DNA of 63,745 nt, filler included, from Folioceros fuciformis (taxonomy: Eukaryota): assembly GCA_049999805.1 (NCBI GenBank). It is 5 parts of 4 records of this genome, joined end to end, with 100 filler letters (N's around TTAATTAATTAA, not from the genome) between each part and the next. Parts side by side here need not be neighbours in the genome. Positions count along the whole stretch, not along the records: positions 1 to 26,744 come from JBNGIO010006187.1; 4 more parts are not named here. One strand, 5' to 3'. Made by a program: the position numbers and the translations under genes. The notes below the pieces were generated by a model that saw only the letters and a program-made list of their open reading frames with translations, ran no database searches and had not been told where the DNA came from. Below, piece after piece: positions 1-12,454 of the stretch. How positions within the stretch are numbered: the stretch's first letter is position 1; each line of letters opens with the position of its first letter.

Positions 1-643
1 GTGCTTGAGCGAGTTCTTGGAAGCATATATAAGGCCCCCCCCTATATCCATAGAGTAAGGAGTGATCAACCAGAGAGGGTGGAGCCATGGACTTAGGCTA
101 AAAAGGGAGGTGGGTGTGACTCAGCAATAGTTGAGGAAGACTGACCGCCGTCATGGAGAGCGGAACCAGTGGTAGAACCCTCGGGGTGGTAGTGGAACCG
201 AAGCGTCGTGGACAAATGGAAACCCTAAGTAGGGACCCAAGGGTCACAAGGTATTTTCGAAGAGAGCGCAACCACGGCGGGAGCGGCGTCGAGGAGCGAA
301 CATGGCGGACGAGACACAGGATACAGGCGAACGCACTGGACGCAAGAGGAGCCTGAGCGCTGCGATTGCCTAGACGAAGAAAAGGGGGAGCGAAGCTCGC
401 CGGTACCAGGAGAGGCGGCGGCGCCCAAGACGGCCCTAGGGCGGAGACCGATGGAAGGAGCGACTACGGACCTGGCACCGGTAGAGTCGTCCAGGGACAC
501 CGCAGTGGAGCCGTTGCTTCCGGTGGAGGTAGCCCTTTGGCCTAACATGGACCACTCGAAGGCCAGGGCAGGAGTGCTGGTAGAAGAGCTAGGCCTCGGG
601 TTCATGGCCTCCTAAGAGATGGAACCATGTAACCCCCGCTCTG

Positions 644-2295
644 GTGCAGGAGTGCATGCACCGACTGCGGAACAGGACCAAAGGAGAAGGGACCAGGGAA
701 AGACCCCAGGACTGGGACGTAGAGCTGGTCAGGACGGTGTATGGGCGAAGTCAAGAGGAAGCCGGGGGACTCGTGATCGAGTCCCTAAGGAAGAGCAGCA
801 CCACGACGACGGCAGCGGCGCTGTTCAAAACTAGAATCGGAAGGGAGGCCAACGGCTGGCTGGCGCGAGAGATGGCGACCATCCGACTCATGGGCCTGGC
901 CAGGTGGCTCTTGTGCTATTTGCAACATAGGAAGCAAGACTACCTGTCAGACCACATGTTGTTGTTCCTGCTCGAAGTTGTCAAGGGGAGCAGGATTGGC
1001 TAGGGGAAAATTATCTTCGATTGATTGAGTGAAGGGAGGCAGAATTTGACTTCTCCAACCCCCCGTTCATCTTTGATCTCACCCTTTCTGGTCCATTTGT
1101 ACTCCTATACTAACAGTCTGCCAGAGTTAGAAGTGGTGGCTTCCCTGCTCATGTGGAAGCCTATCCGGGAGGTCAAGTGGAAGCCAGAGGAGCCCAAGGA
1201 GGAGGCAAGGTCCAACAGTTGAGCGTCTGGAGCAATGGGGAGTTTGGAAGAAGAGGCGACCATCAGCAGGAAGTGGAAGGCAAGGGCCGGGTGGAAGACC
1301 CCCCGCGAAGAGGAGGAAGGTTAGTGTGCGCGTTGCTAGGGCAGCAAGAGATTCGGCGCTGCAGGAGTTTGCCCGAAAAACAGGGAACAGGCAACCGGGC
1401 ACCCCCTCAACCGAACCCAAAGAATCAACGCCAGTGGAGGGGGCGAAACCGGCTGAGGTAGCAGAGAAGTTAGGGCTGACCACGAGGGAAGAACTCTTTC
1501 CGGGGTGGGAAGGGATTTTCAAGGCCCCCTTGGTGGCAAATTTACATGAGGAGGACTTGGCCAGAGTATGCACACTACTAGGAAGGGGGATCCTGGACAG
1601 AGGGATGGCTACGGGAGGCGCGCCCTAACAGGTGGATTTACCAGGCCTGACAGCGGCCATGGTCCGGGCGTAGGCGGACATGCTGGGTCAGGCTGCACGG
1701 GCGCTCACTTGGCTGAGCATGCAAGAGTAGAAAGAAGAGAAGGTGCAGGCCAAGCTGTCTGAGGCTCAAGCAAGGCGGGAGCAGTTGGAGGAAGCCCGAT
1801 AAGCCCTAAATGCAGCAAAGGAATAGGCGTAGGAGGAAGTATGCTGGGCTCGAGAGGGAATGCAAGCTGTGAAAGATGAGCAAGAACTACTCCTGACTCA
1901 AGTTAAGGAGGTCCACAAAGCCAACTATGCAACAAGATCTGTTGAGGGCACAGGAGTTGGAGGCGACTGCAATGGAGGAGGTCTAGAAGCTCGCGGACCA
2001 TTATAAACGGGAAAGAGATGAGGCCCGGAGCCGGGTGAAAGGGAGAGGGAGAGTCAAACGGAGTAGCAGGTCCATGACCGAGGTAGCCCAAGCTGCTACT
2101 AGTCAAAGGGGGGCCACGCCAGTGGAGGACAATCTTACCAATGTAGAGGAAGTAGCAATAGTAGTGGAACCTGCAATCGGAAGGGCTGGGATGGCGACCC
2201 TTTTGAGTTTTGGATTGTGTGTGTATGGCAATGCACAGGCACAAGAGCATGAGGGGCACGAGAGGCAGGGAAGCAAAAAACGGTTATCGTTATGA
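644..2295 (+). pseudogene. Decayed transposon-associated accessory ORF with a coiled-coil-like C-terminal part
   Basis: One frame continues from 644 through isolated stops (KGSRIG*GKIIFD*LSEGRQNLTSPTPRSSLISPFLVHLY). An E/Q/A/K-rich segment follows at about 1730-1920 (EEKVQAKLSEAQARREQLEEAR*ALNAAKE*). Confidence 0.35.
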
Positions 2296-3432
2296 TCAAA
2301 AGAAAGAAAAAGGTATATATAAGTATTTAGGGTATTTAATTAACTAATAAGCTAATTATGAAACTAACCTAAACTAACATAATTTCCTTTAGATCCGCAC
2401 TAGGAGGATGGGGCTGGGAACAGCGGCAGCCAGAGGAGCAAAGGATTCCCCAGTACCCTTGGAGGGCAGAAAACAGGTAGTTCGGGGTAGCCCACAGGAG
2501 GAGGGGGTAAGCACCTCATCTACAACAGGAGGCCAGATTGTATTACAACATCTGGATGAGGGAACATAATATTACAGCATCTGGATGAGGAAACCTATGT
2601 TCCTGGCCTCTGTGTGAAAGGGGACCATGTACTTAACTTGATTGGCCATGTGCGTGTGGAAATAGGAGGGACAAGGGCTTATTGCCTACAACTGAGAACT
2701 TGTGGGGGATGCTTCTCCTACTACTTCTGGGTGTGGGAATTGCCTCTCTGTTATTCGGAGGCAATCCTGGAGGAACTCACGGAGGAGGAAGCGCAGGCAT
2801 GGGTGGAGCAAGAACCCGTGTTTGTCCTGAGCAACAGGCGGCCGGAAGGTGGGGGAAGGACNNNNNNNNNNNNNNNNNNNNNNNNNNNNNNNNNNNNNNN
2901 NNNNNNNNNNNNNNNNNNNNNNNNNNNNNNNNNNNNNNNNNNNNNNNNNNNNNNNNNNNNNCGGACCCCACCCACGCTTCAACATGAGAAGTCAGGCGGC
3001 AACAAGAGCGAGGTAGAGGTTTTATGGGAGGATCTGCTTGAACAGCAAAGAGGAAGAAGGGCCTGGGGGTTTGGCAACCGGGGGAGGGGTACGCGAAGGT
3101 CAGATAGGAGGTGAGCGCGGCGATAGGATAGGCTAGAATTCATTGCATCTTAGAATAACATTTAGTTAAGATATGATGAAGATGCTTTCTTGGACCTGAT
3201 GCTCCTCCTAATTAAGAGCGCTTGACTGCCTGAGATTGAACTTAATGGCAGCTACAATCTCGCCTGACATGTGTACAAAGAGGCTTCTTGGTGCCTCACT
3301 AAGCAGCAAATGTTGGAGATGCTTTCTGACCGAGGTTCCCGCGCTGTCCATGGTTGGATTGGAGATGTCTGGGTGGGCAGCGTGTGCACGTCGCTCCTAA
3401 GGGTGATCGAGAGCTTTGCTCCACAGCTGATG

Positions 3433-3915
3433 GTGAGGGGGACGAATCAGCAATCCTTGCTAAGTGGAAGGTCACCTTCCCTTATTCCCCAAATTGCTAA
3501 CTGTGTTTTGCAGTAGGAAGTGAGGGGAATGAATCCGCCTGTTGCGCGAAGTGGAAGGGGAGCTTCTTCTTCCTTTATTCCCTAAACGATTGACTGTGGC
3601 CCGTAACCGAGGTGAGGGGAACGAATCTGCCAGCTGCGCAGAGTGGAAGGGGAGCTTCTCCTTCCCTTATTCCCTGACCCTTTGATTGCGTTTTGAATCT
3701 GGTGTTGAAGAGGGTGTTTGAGACGACAAGGTGTCGAAGAATGTGTGTGAGAAGATAAGGAGTGAAGAGTGAGTGAGTAGGGAGGAGGAGGGTGAAGGAG
3801 TGAGTGTGTGAGAGGAAGACTGACTACACGTAAGCTGAGGAGAGGGGGATGAATCCGCCCGATGCGCGGAGTGGAGGGAGAGTTTCTCCTTCCCTTATTC
3901 CCTGAACCATTGGCT
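3433..3915 (+). repeat. Four imperfect direct repeats of about 70-80 bp
   Basis: Core GAGGGG..GAATC...AGTGGA.GG...CTTCC.TTATTCCC, with copies starting near 3433, 3520, 3612 and 3840. Confidence 0.8.
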
Positions 3916-4728
3916 ACGGAAGAGTGAGCTAAGAGACTAAGGAGGACCTAGGAGGATTGCTGAGATTGCCGCAAGATTATTGAGAGTGAAGAGAATTGTT
4001 GAGAGATGGCTGGACAAAGGTGAGAGATTCCTGAACGTTGGGGATGATCTTTGGAGGATTCCAAGGAGATTTCAAAGTGTTTGGGAGTGGCTGTTGGAGG
4101 TCGTCAAAGCTTGTGAAGAATAGTGAAGGACTGTGAAGGATTCGCCGGGGGATTTGTAGGCGCTACGCGAAGATTAAAGACCTTTGGGAACATGCCTGTG
4201 AGGAATAAGTGTGAACCAAAACTCTTGTGTGTTTTGCATGCGTGGAGAGTGTTGTATGTGTGTGTGTGGGGATGTGGCTGATCCGCAGGGTCTTATTACC
4301 CTAGGGTTAGTATCTGCATGTGTGAGGAGAACCTAATAAGTCTGAATCTGTGAGTCTAGAAATCCCGGGACAAAACCCCTGTGGTAGCGCATGCGCAGGA
4401 GAAATATTAGTTAGGGTTTTGGGTGGGACCCACTACCAGTCGTGGAGACCACTACCGGTCGCGGAACCATAGATCGTGGTCGTAGAGTAGGGACTGGAGT
4501 CGTAGAGTAGAATTCGCGGTAGTTAGGCTAACTGAGGGGTAGTGGTAGGGCATAGTCAGTATCGGAACTGGTAGTAGATGAGGATTGACCTAGGCAAGAG
4601 TCAGTATTAGAAGAAACCTGTGTTACTTGGCACGAATCATTCCCTTGGGATTGAATCCCATGGCTACAACAACATAGAGGGTTTGTGTGGGCCTCGTGGT
4701 GTTCTCGGACACAACATTTTACTCCACA

Positions 4729-5180
4729 GCACTAGATTAAGATACAAGAAAGTCTATGTTAGCTTACTCTTTTCTATTAGCTGGTGGAGCAGTCACGTGG
4801 TCCTGAAAGAAGCAAGCGACTGTATCTCTTTCCTCAACAGAAGCTAAATACTCAACACTAACATAGGCAGCCAAGGAGGCTATTTGTCTTAGGAGGTTAC
4901 TCTCAAACTTGGGATTGTCGCATACAGATCATACCATCATTTACTACGACAATCAGATAGCGTTGGCTTTGGCTCAGAATCCTGTGTTCCATGCACGAAT
5001 GAAGCATATCAAAGTGCATGATCATTTTGTTAGAGACGCAGTTAGCACAGGGCAGATAAAACTTGAGTATGTTTCAACAGATTCAAATGTCGCAGATATT
5101 CTTACCAAGTCGTTGCCAAGGGTTAAGCACTATTAGTTTAAGGAGGCTCTAGGTGTGCTGGAGCCCAATCATGGCTTAAC
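4729..5180 (+). pseudogene. Copia RNase H domain (pol C-terminus) with in-frame stops
   Basis: KHI and ADILTK copia motifs, collinear with the C-terminus of pol at 53932-56667. Confidence 0.9.
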
Positions 5181-5277
5181 TCTACACAAAAGTGGTTGAA
5201 GTCTATACAGTTTGTGAGGAAGCCAGTGACAACGACGGCAACAAAATTCAAATGCAACTACTACCTATTTCTTAGGT

Positions 5278-6101
5278 CTAGGACGAGTCACTCTCCTCAT
5301 CAGAAGTTGGTTGGTTCAGAAATTTCTTTGCCTTGTAGTCCGTATCTTCCTCACTGTCAGAGGTCTAGTTCTAGTCCATCCTAGCCTCCTCAAACAGCTT
5401 ATCCTTGGACACCAAAAGAACAAGACAACATGCATTTAAGGGTTTTTGTTACTAGCATCTCTTCCAACCACAACAATAGTGGGAGAATGTCAGAAGAGCT
5501 TATGCAAGACCCTTACTATAGAGTGAAATGAAGTTGCCCCCATCTCCGCCCCATCTGCACCACCTCTCACACACCATGTGAATTCCAGTAGAGGCGCATA
5601 TATAGTCTTCAGGTGTGAGAGGGTCGTTAGCTTCGTTCCCGTCAGAAATCAAGTGTCTTCTCTTCTTCAAGTCACCTACTGGGAGTGCGAGCTTTCTAGG
5701 GATGAAGTCAACAAGAACCACAACCTTGTTGTTCTCCATCTTGTCAGCACTCGTCATCATCTTCACTCTTCCCTCCATGTCGTCTAGGTAGAAGAGCTTC
5801 TTCTTGGTCACCCTCAGCTTCTGCTTCAAAAGGCTGATTTCGTGAGCTATTTTGGCCTTCTCCTTCGGATGTTTTGTGACTTCCCTCCAGTGCTATGTCA
5901 TTTGATAGAACTCCTCTCCTTCCACGGCAAACCAGGATGGACAGGACAGCAAGGAGGAGAGGAAGCTTTGCAACTACACAAGTCAATGACGACTGGAGTC
6001 CTCCTCGTCTAGCTTGATGCTGTGTCGTCTCCCTCCTCGGCACTGAGAAGATCATCAATATCAGATAAAGTGATCGGGGCGGCGGCAGGTCTCCCAGCTA
6101 T
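5278..6101 (-). pseudogene. Antisense accessory ORF of copia A (disrupted), unknown function
   Basis: Translates to PVGDLKKRRHLISDGNEANDPLTPEDYICAST...WCRWGGDGGNFISLYS...VSKDKLFEEARMD*...acidic tail, and is homologous to 53096-53786. The probable start is mutated to ATA at 6101-6099. Confidence 0.75.
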
Positions 6102-6312
6102 GTTAGTTTGCGACAATGCTGAGGCTACAAACCTGAGAGTTGGTGAAATGGACGCGTGAAGTCTCCGACTATGAAGATGTAAGCAATCCAGCTGTAGTCT
6201 GAAGTCTGTCGGTGAGGGAGTACTTCCAATTCGTGGGTTTTATGGGTGAACATGTGGTAGCTGATAAAATTTAATGTCATTTGTGCTAGTAGGTATACCC
6301 AATGAGTGGGAG

Positions 6313-6502
6313 TGTTAAGAATACCATTAGTTAGGTATTCGGTTCATTGGGTTACTTGTTCGTACTTTAGTTTATTTATTTTAGGTTTAATGAGCAGTTA
6401 TAACTACCACCCAAGACTTATGCTATACGTAATCACGTTTAGGTATTGTACTATATCGCTTTCTTGTTTATGCTGCTGCGCTCTACGGACCTGAGCCTAG
6501 CA
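6313..6502 (+). repeat. 3' LTR of copia A (about 190 bp)
   Basis: Begins TGTTAAG directly after the PPT and ends CCTAGCA. The partner LTR is not in the window, so the end is inferred. Confidence 0.6.
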
Positions 6503-6602
6503 ATCAAATCCGTTACAAAGGGCCAAATCACTGCAAACCAAGGCTGTCAAGGCTGGAGCAGCTGTAGCCACCATTGCTTCCTTGTGCAACTATTGTGGCA
6601 GT
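6503..6602 (+). pseudogene. 5' half of a zinc-knuckle (gag/nucleocapsid-like) coding relic split by copia B
   Basis: Reads KAVKAGAAVATIASLCNYCGS and joins in frame across the TSD to 13487-13606. Confidence 0.7.
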
Positions 6603-6750
6603 TGTTAGGGATGGAAACCCTAACATGACTTATACTGTAGTTAAGGAGTTAACTCAAAAGACATACAAATAGTTTTGTATTTAAGGACACATGGTCCTTC
6701 ACTAATTAATTGCTCTTTTTCTTGTGAGCACGCTTCCGCATTTATTAGCA
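6603..6750 (+). repeat. 5' LTR of copia B
   Basis: TGTTAGGG...TTATTAGCA, repeated at 13334-13481. Confidence 0.95.
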
Positions 6751-6762
6751 TGGTATCATAGC
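6751..6762 (+). promoter_or_regulatory. Primer binding site (tRNA-iMet type)
   Basis: TGGTATCATAGC, one mismatch from the canonical TGGTATCAGAGC, immediately after the 5' LTR. Confidence 0.9.
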
Positions 6763-6927
6763 ACCAGCTCTATCAATCTAATGCTAGCATAGATAGTTTT
6801 TATCTAATCATTTATTGCAGAAATTTCCTCTTGGGAAATGTGTCTTTGTGACATGCAGTACTTTTTTGTTTGCATTTAGATAGTTTCAGTGTATGCTATA
6901 AAAAATGGAGTCTGTTGATCCTGCATA

Positions 6928-7665
6928 ATGACGCGGAGGCGTGGGCGATGTCCGGATGATCCATTCTCACAATTAGTGAGGAGGCAACACTGGAATTGCC
7001 TACAACAAGCTGAGCATCGAGGTGGGCATAGTCACGTGGTCTCCTCTCTCGCGAGAAGATCCCACAAGTTCACCTTGGAGGAGCCAGCTTTATCTCCGCA
7101 TTCCTGCCACACCTACGGGAGAATTCTGAGTAGTACTCGATTTCCATACTCAAGGACGGATCTCAAAGACAGGTTCAAAAACGGTGGATTGTTATCTAAC
7201 TCCAGGCTGGAAGCTTTGCGCAAGAGAGTTCCCAGTGCTAAGGAGACCCCTCTCTTAGAAGATTGCATCGGACGCTGCTTGCTATTAAACTAGGGAGAAC
7301 GTCTACTGGTGATGCATGAATTGCTTCAAAATCTGCAGAGTTCACTAGCTACTCTCACCTTGAGATTGGAGCGCGTTGAATTTGGATCTGAGTCTGCTCA
7401 CGCACCTCTTATTGCCGCCTATCTGCCAACCTTGGTGCCTTCACGCGAGGATTCCTCCATAGTGCTGCAGTATGGGCGACCAGATCTGTAGGGGCGCGAC
7501 TCAACTCGGGATCCTAGCTTCGACAAAGGGGGATCATGCGAGTGGGCGCAGGTGCAGTGCAAGGGGCACTCAGCCAGACTCCAATCGGCGACTTGGCCCA
7601 AGGTGACGGTTGATGAACTATGCCACCTATCATTAATTCATGTTTATTTGCAACGTTCCAGTTGA
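6928..7665 (+). pseudogene. Possible extra sense ORF upstream of gag in copia B (two internal stops)
   Basis: ORFs 6928-7293 and 7309-7491 share a frame that continues to TGA at 7663-7665. No recognised domain. Confidence 0.35.
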
Positions 7666-7905
7666 GTTAGTGTGTTTTCGTATCTAACCCTAAAAACAGC
7701 ATCTTAAAAATAATAAAAACGTCGTTTACTTACAGTAGATGTCATTTCGTTTCTCTTTATGACTTATGACCTTGAGTGGCTATTTGGGGACACAGATAGT
7801 AACGTAGATGAGGATCTAGCCATAGAAGCCTCCTTCCTTCAATCCCTGCAGTCACAGTTTCCTGCGTTCTCTTCTCTCCCATATCCAGTTTTACCTCTTT
7901 TCAAC

Positions 7906-10900
7906 ATGGGTACTCTTGCTCAAGCTAGTACTTATTCGGTTGAATTTAAGGAGAAGGATCGGTTTGATGGCAAACCTGTAAACTATGAGAGTTGGAGAGC
8001 TCGAATGCAAGCAACGTTGAATGTGAGGGATGTTTGGAAGTATGTCGATGGGAGCCTTGTAAACCCTTACTTGGTGCCATCCACAGCTGCACATCAACTA
8101 ACAGCAGATGAGAAGGCAAAATGGGACAAAGGAAACAAAGTAGCTTTTGCCATTTTATTGTCTGGGTTGGATGCCGTGATTGTTATTGAGGTTGAGTTCT
8201 TGGACATAGCACAGGAAGTATGGACTCAGCTTAGAGATACGTATAAGGTACAAAATGTTTGTACCTTAATGAATCTACAAAGTGACTTTCACTCATTCAG
8301 GATAAGGGAAGGAGACCTTATGGGACCAGGAATCACCAAGTTGAGTCTGTTGCGAGCACAGTTGGCTGCGTTAGGTGCCAAGATCACTGAGGTTGAAATG
8401 GTTGCCTAGTTGTTCACTGCCTTGCCCTCCTCCTATCAGACGTTTATCTCTAAACAGAATTCGGCTCTCTCTACAACATATGTTGCCTCTACTGCGAATC
8501 AACCTTATACTCTAAACTTGGATACTGTGGTTGGGGCTCTCCTGCAAGAGGAGGCCAGCAGACACAAGCCAGGTCAGGGCTCAAGAGTAAGAGGTGAGAA
8601 GGTTCTTTTTGCAGCTAAGGGCAAGCCATTTGTGAAGGGAAGGGGGAAGAGAAGAAGACTTACCACCAATCTAGCAGTTCTGGTGGCTCAAACGTACCTC
8701 CCTCCATCAAATGGCAGGGTACCTGTCATTGGTGCCAAATTGCTGGACATTGGGAGAGGGACTGCCGAAAGAAAAAGGCTAGAGAACCCAAGAAGGATCC
8801 TCGTTCTGAAGCACACGTAGCCGCCAAGGACAAAGGATCTTCTCTCCATAAAAGTAGCTCGGCTGTCTTCACAGTAACAGTCTGCTTGTCATCGTCTGCT
8901 GTTCCATCAGATTCTTGGTTCATAGATTTTGGTGCTACGTCTCATGTCTACAATAATAAAGATCTATTCTCCACACTTAAGACTGATGTCCCAGTACAGT
9001 CAGTGTATGTGGGGGATTCTAGAGGCATAGACGTAGTGGAATGGGTATTGTTACCCTTACCTTGTCTGACGGGTCAGAGACCTTGTTGGAGGATGTCCTT
9101 TATGTTCCTGCCATGTCGAAGAATCTCTTGTCAGTTAGGGCAGCCACTCAGTCTGGAAGGTATGGCTTTTCCTTTGAGCAGGGTAGTTGTAGCGTGTATG
9201 ACCTGTCCAGACTTGGAAAGCATGTTGCGAAAGGTCAGTTGGTTAATGAGCTATATCAACTTAGTCTGTCCGTTGATGCAGAAGCCTTTGTTACCTCAAC
9301 TGCCTCTGAAGCAAGTCTTTGGCATGCTAGACTTGGGCATATAAACAAGGAAAAGATGAATCTCATGTCTTCACTAAATTGTTATCGGGAGAAACTGCCT
9401 TCCTGTTTTAAGCAGCTGCCTGTGTGCCAATCTTGTGTTCTTTCGAAGCAGAAGGAGATTCCCTTCAAAAACAAGCAGGCATAAAGGGCTCAGGCAATGC
9501 TAGAACTTATACATGCAGATATTGCTGGCAAGTTGCAAGTTAAATCACTGGGTGGAGCAGAGTATTACCTCACCTTAACTGATGATTACTCACGCTACAC
9601 TTGGGTGTTTCCACTTCATCTCAAAAGTGATGCTTTTGAGTGTATAGCAACCTGGATTCCTATGGTACAGAAACAAACTGGCAATTTTGTGAAGTGTTTT
9701 CGCACTGACAACGGTGGGGAGTTCATTGGACATCGATATGATGAGCTTTTTTCAGCGCATGGGATTATCCGTCATTTAGCCATTCCATGTACTCAACAAC
9801 AAAACGGTGTTGCTGAGCGTAAGAACCAGACCCTGATGGGTATGACTAGGAATATGCTTGGATGGGCAGGTTTGCCCAAACACTACTGGGCAGAAGCTAT
9901 CTCAACTGCTACCTACATACTTAATAGAGTGCTGACTAATGCAATTTCTTGAAAAACTCCATATGAGGATTTCTGGAGGAAGAAGCCCAGCTTGTTCCAC
10001 TTGCGGGTGTTTGGCTCCATAGCATATGCTTATGTCCCTAAATAGAAGAGGCGCAAGTTAGATGATAGGGCTAGACCCCTGCTTTTCTTTGGCTATTCAG
10101 AAGTCTCAAAGGCTTACAAGCTGTTTGATCCTTCAACCCATAAGGTGGTAGTGGCACGAAGTGTAACCTTTGATGGACTTACTACTCCTAAAAGGCAGGC
10201 TTCCACAAATTTTGGGACAGAGTTATCAGCTCCTGTGACTGATGAGTCACGTGTATCTGATGAAGAAAATAACACAGGCTCTATTCCACCTAATGGTTCT
10301 GACTCAGCTCCCTTACAACAAGTTGTTCGCCAACCAGTAGTGCATTACCCTTATTCTGATGACGAGGATGATCTACCCACCTTGACTGGAGTTGAAACTG
10401 TTGAAGAGACTACAGTTGCACCACATATTGCTCAGGGTGCCTTTGATTTGAATGAGGAACACTCAGATTCCACAGGTTCCCTCCAGGATCCTGAGGAGGT
10501 AGTTGAACTATCAGATGGTGAGTTCCCGATTGACCAAGCAGTGGGAGTAGCTGCAGACGAGCCTGCTGTAGTCGCTGAGCCTAGATATCCTACACGGGAG
10601 AGATGTTCCCGTGAACACTGGTCAGAACCACCTTATAAGACAATTGATTTTAGACCAGGTTCTCAGGCTCATGTTGCAGACTTCACAGTACCTAAAGTTC
10701 GTTCGGATCCAAAAACTTATGACGGGGTTGTTAATGGCCCTGATGGTTCTCATTGGCGTGTGTCCATAGACGATGAATATGCCTCCCTCATCAAGAACAA
10801 CACCTGGGAGCTTGTCAATTTGCCTGCAGGAAGGAAGCCCATTAGCTGCAAATGGGTGTTCAAAACAAAGTTGAAAGCAGATGGGACAATCGCCAGATAC

Positions 10901-12284
10901 AAGTCTCGCCTGGTTGCTCGTGGTTTCAGTCAAATTCTTGGCATTGACTATGGTGACACGTTCTCTCCAGTGGTAAAGCCTCCCTCTGTTAGGATTCTCT
11001 TGGCAATGGCCGCAAAGTATGATCTGGAGGTTCAGCAAATGGACGTTTATACTGCCTTTCTGCATGGAGAGCTGGAGGAGACCTTGTATATGCAACAACC
11101 ACCAAGGTATATTAGTCCAGAAACAGCCAATAAAGTGTGCAAGCTGCTGAAAACAATATATGGTCTTAAGCAGTCACCTCGAGCATGGTATAAGCGGATA
11201 ATGAAGTATTTGCGCCAACTTGGTTTCCTGCAGTCTCCAGCAGATACTAATGTCTTTTACTTTACTGTTGATTCGCTGTTTGTCATCTTTGCCCTGTATG
11301 TTGATGACTGTGTGCTCTTCATAAACAGCCCTGATCAACTTCAGAAGGTGAAGGATATACTGCGTCAGGAGTTTGAGATGACTGACCAGGGTGATTTACA
11401 GTTTTACTTGGGTATCCAGATCTTGAGCAACCGCTCCCATGGTCAGATCACATTGCATCAAACAAAGTATATTAAGGAGATTCTGAAACGGTTTAATCTG
11501 GATGAGGCTAGACCAGTTGCCACTCCCTCTGCAGTGGGGGAGAAACTTACCTCTTCTATGTCTCCTCAGAGTGATCGTGAACTTGAGGACATGCAACTTG
11601 TTCCCTATGCAGAGGCAGTTGACTGCCTGATTTTTTTTTGCCAACCGAACACGACCTGATATCAGTTACTCTGTCTCAATTGTCTCTCAGTTTTTGAAGT
11701 CTCCTGGACGATAGCACTGGGTAGCAGTTAAGAGGATTTACCGATATCTTAAAGGCACCATTTCTTATGGCTTGCAATACACCAGCAATGGGAGTAATAG
11801 GTGTGAACTTACCTCGTTCGCTGATGCTGACCGGGCCTCCGATGCGAACACTAGGAAGAGCTTGTCTGCATATTGTTTTCTCTTGGCTTCTGGTACTGTC
11901 AGTTGGAGTTGCAAGAAGCAGACTTCCTTGGCACTTTTGTCCACTGAAGCTGAATATAAAGCTCTCACTCATGCCTGTAAAGAAGCTGAGTAGGGGAGAC
12001 AGTTTCTGGAGTCAGTGAATCAAGTTCAGACAAGTCCAACACTGCTGCTATGTGGCAATATGAGCGCAATTGCCCTTGTCTCCAATCCTAGGTTTCATGC
12101 TAGAACCAAGCATATAGAACTCTATCATCACTATATAAGGGATGCAGCTAAACGAGGCATAGTTAAGTTTGAGTATGTTAGCACACACTTAAATATTGCA
12201 GACATATTTACTAAAGGGCTCTCCAAAGCCAAAGACTTTCAGCACATGGCTGCTTTAGGTCTCAGGGAGTTCAGCTATCCCTAG
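7906..12284 (+). pseudogene. Copia B gag-pol polyprotein with several stops and frameshifts
   Basis: Gag FDGKPVNYESW; zinc knuckle CHWCQIAGHWERDC; protease WFIDFGATSHV; integrase LWHARLGH, IHADI, RTDNGGEF, QNGVAERKN; RT QMDVYTAFLHG, YGLKQSPRAW, LYVDD; RNase H DADRA, KHI, ADIFTK. Confidence 0.95.
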
Positions 12285-12454
12285 CCTGGTACACTGTCTA
12301 TCTACTGTGAAGGATTGGTACTGGTGTTTTCTAGGGTTCTGTGCACACCACACAGGGAGGTCTGCACCTTGGTGGCTCATGCCACAACTTCTATCACGCC
12401 TCAGACTTCATGAGATGTTGCCCTAGGCACAGGACCACCTTGCACAGATTATAG

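Larger units (their letters stand above)
1..4728. mobile_element. Probable degenerate LTR-retrotransposon segment (accessory region plus long LTR-like end) inserted into copia element A
   Basis: The copia RNase H frame starts abruptly at 4729, right after ...TTTTACTCCACA (CA end). The region has a stop-riddled ORF and internal repeats but no gag/pol motif, so the class is uncertain. Confidence 0.4.
4729..6502 (+). mobile_element. Ty1/copia element A, 3' remnant (RNase H, antisense ORF, PPT, 3' LTR)
   Basis: RNase H relic DTRKSMLAYSFLLAGGAVTWS*KKQATVSLSSTEAKY...DNQIALALAQNPVFHARMKHIKVHDHFVRD...ADILTKSL. PPT GAGTGGGAG at 6304-6312 is followed by TGTTAAG. Confidence 0.85.

Noticed and set aside
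10622-11098. Minus-strand ORF inside the RT of copia B, and similar ORFs within other pol genes and PIE1
   Set aside because: These are shadow frames of real coding sequence, unlike the antisense ORFs that lie outside pol.
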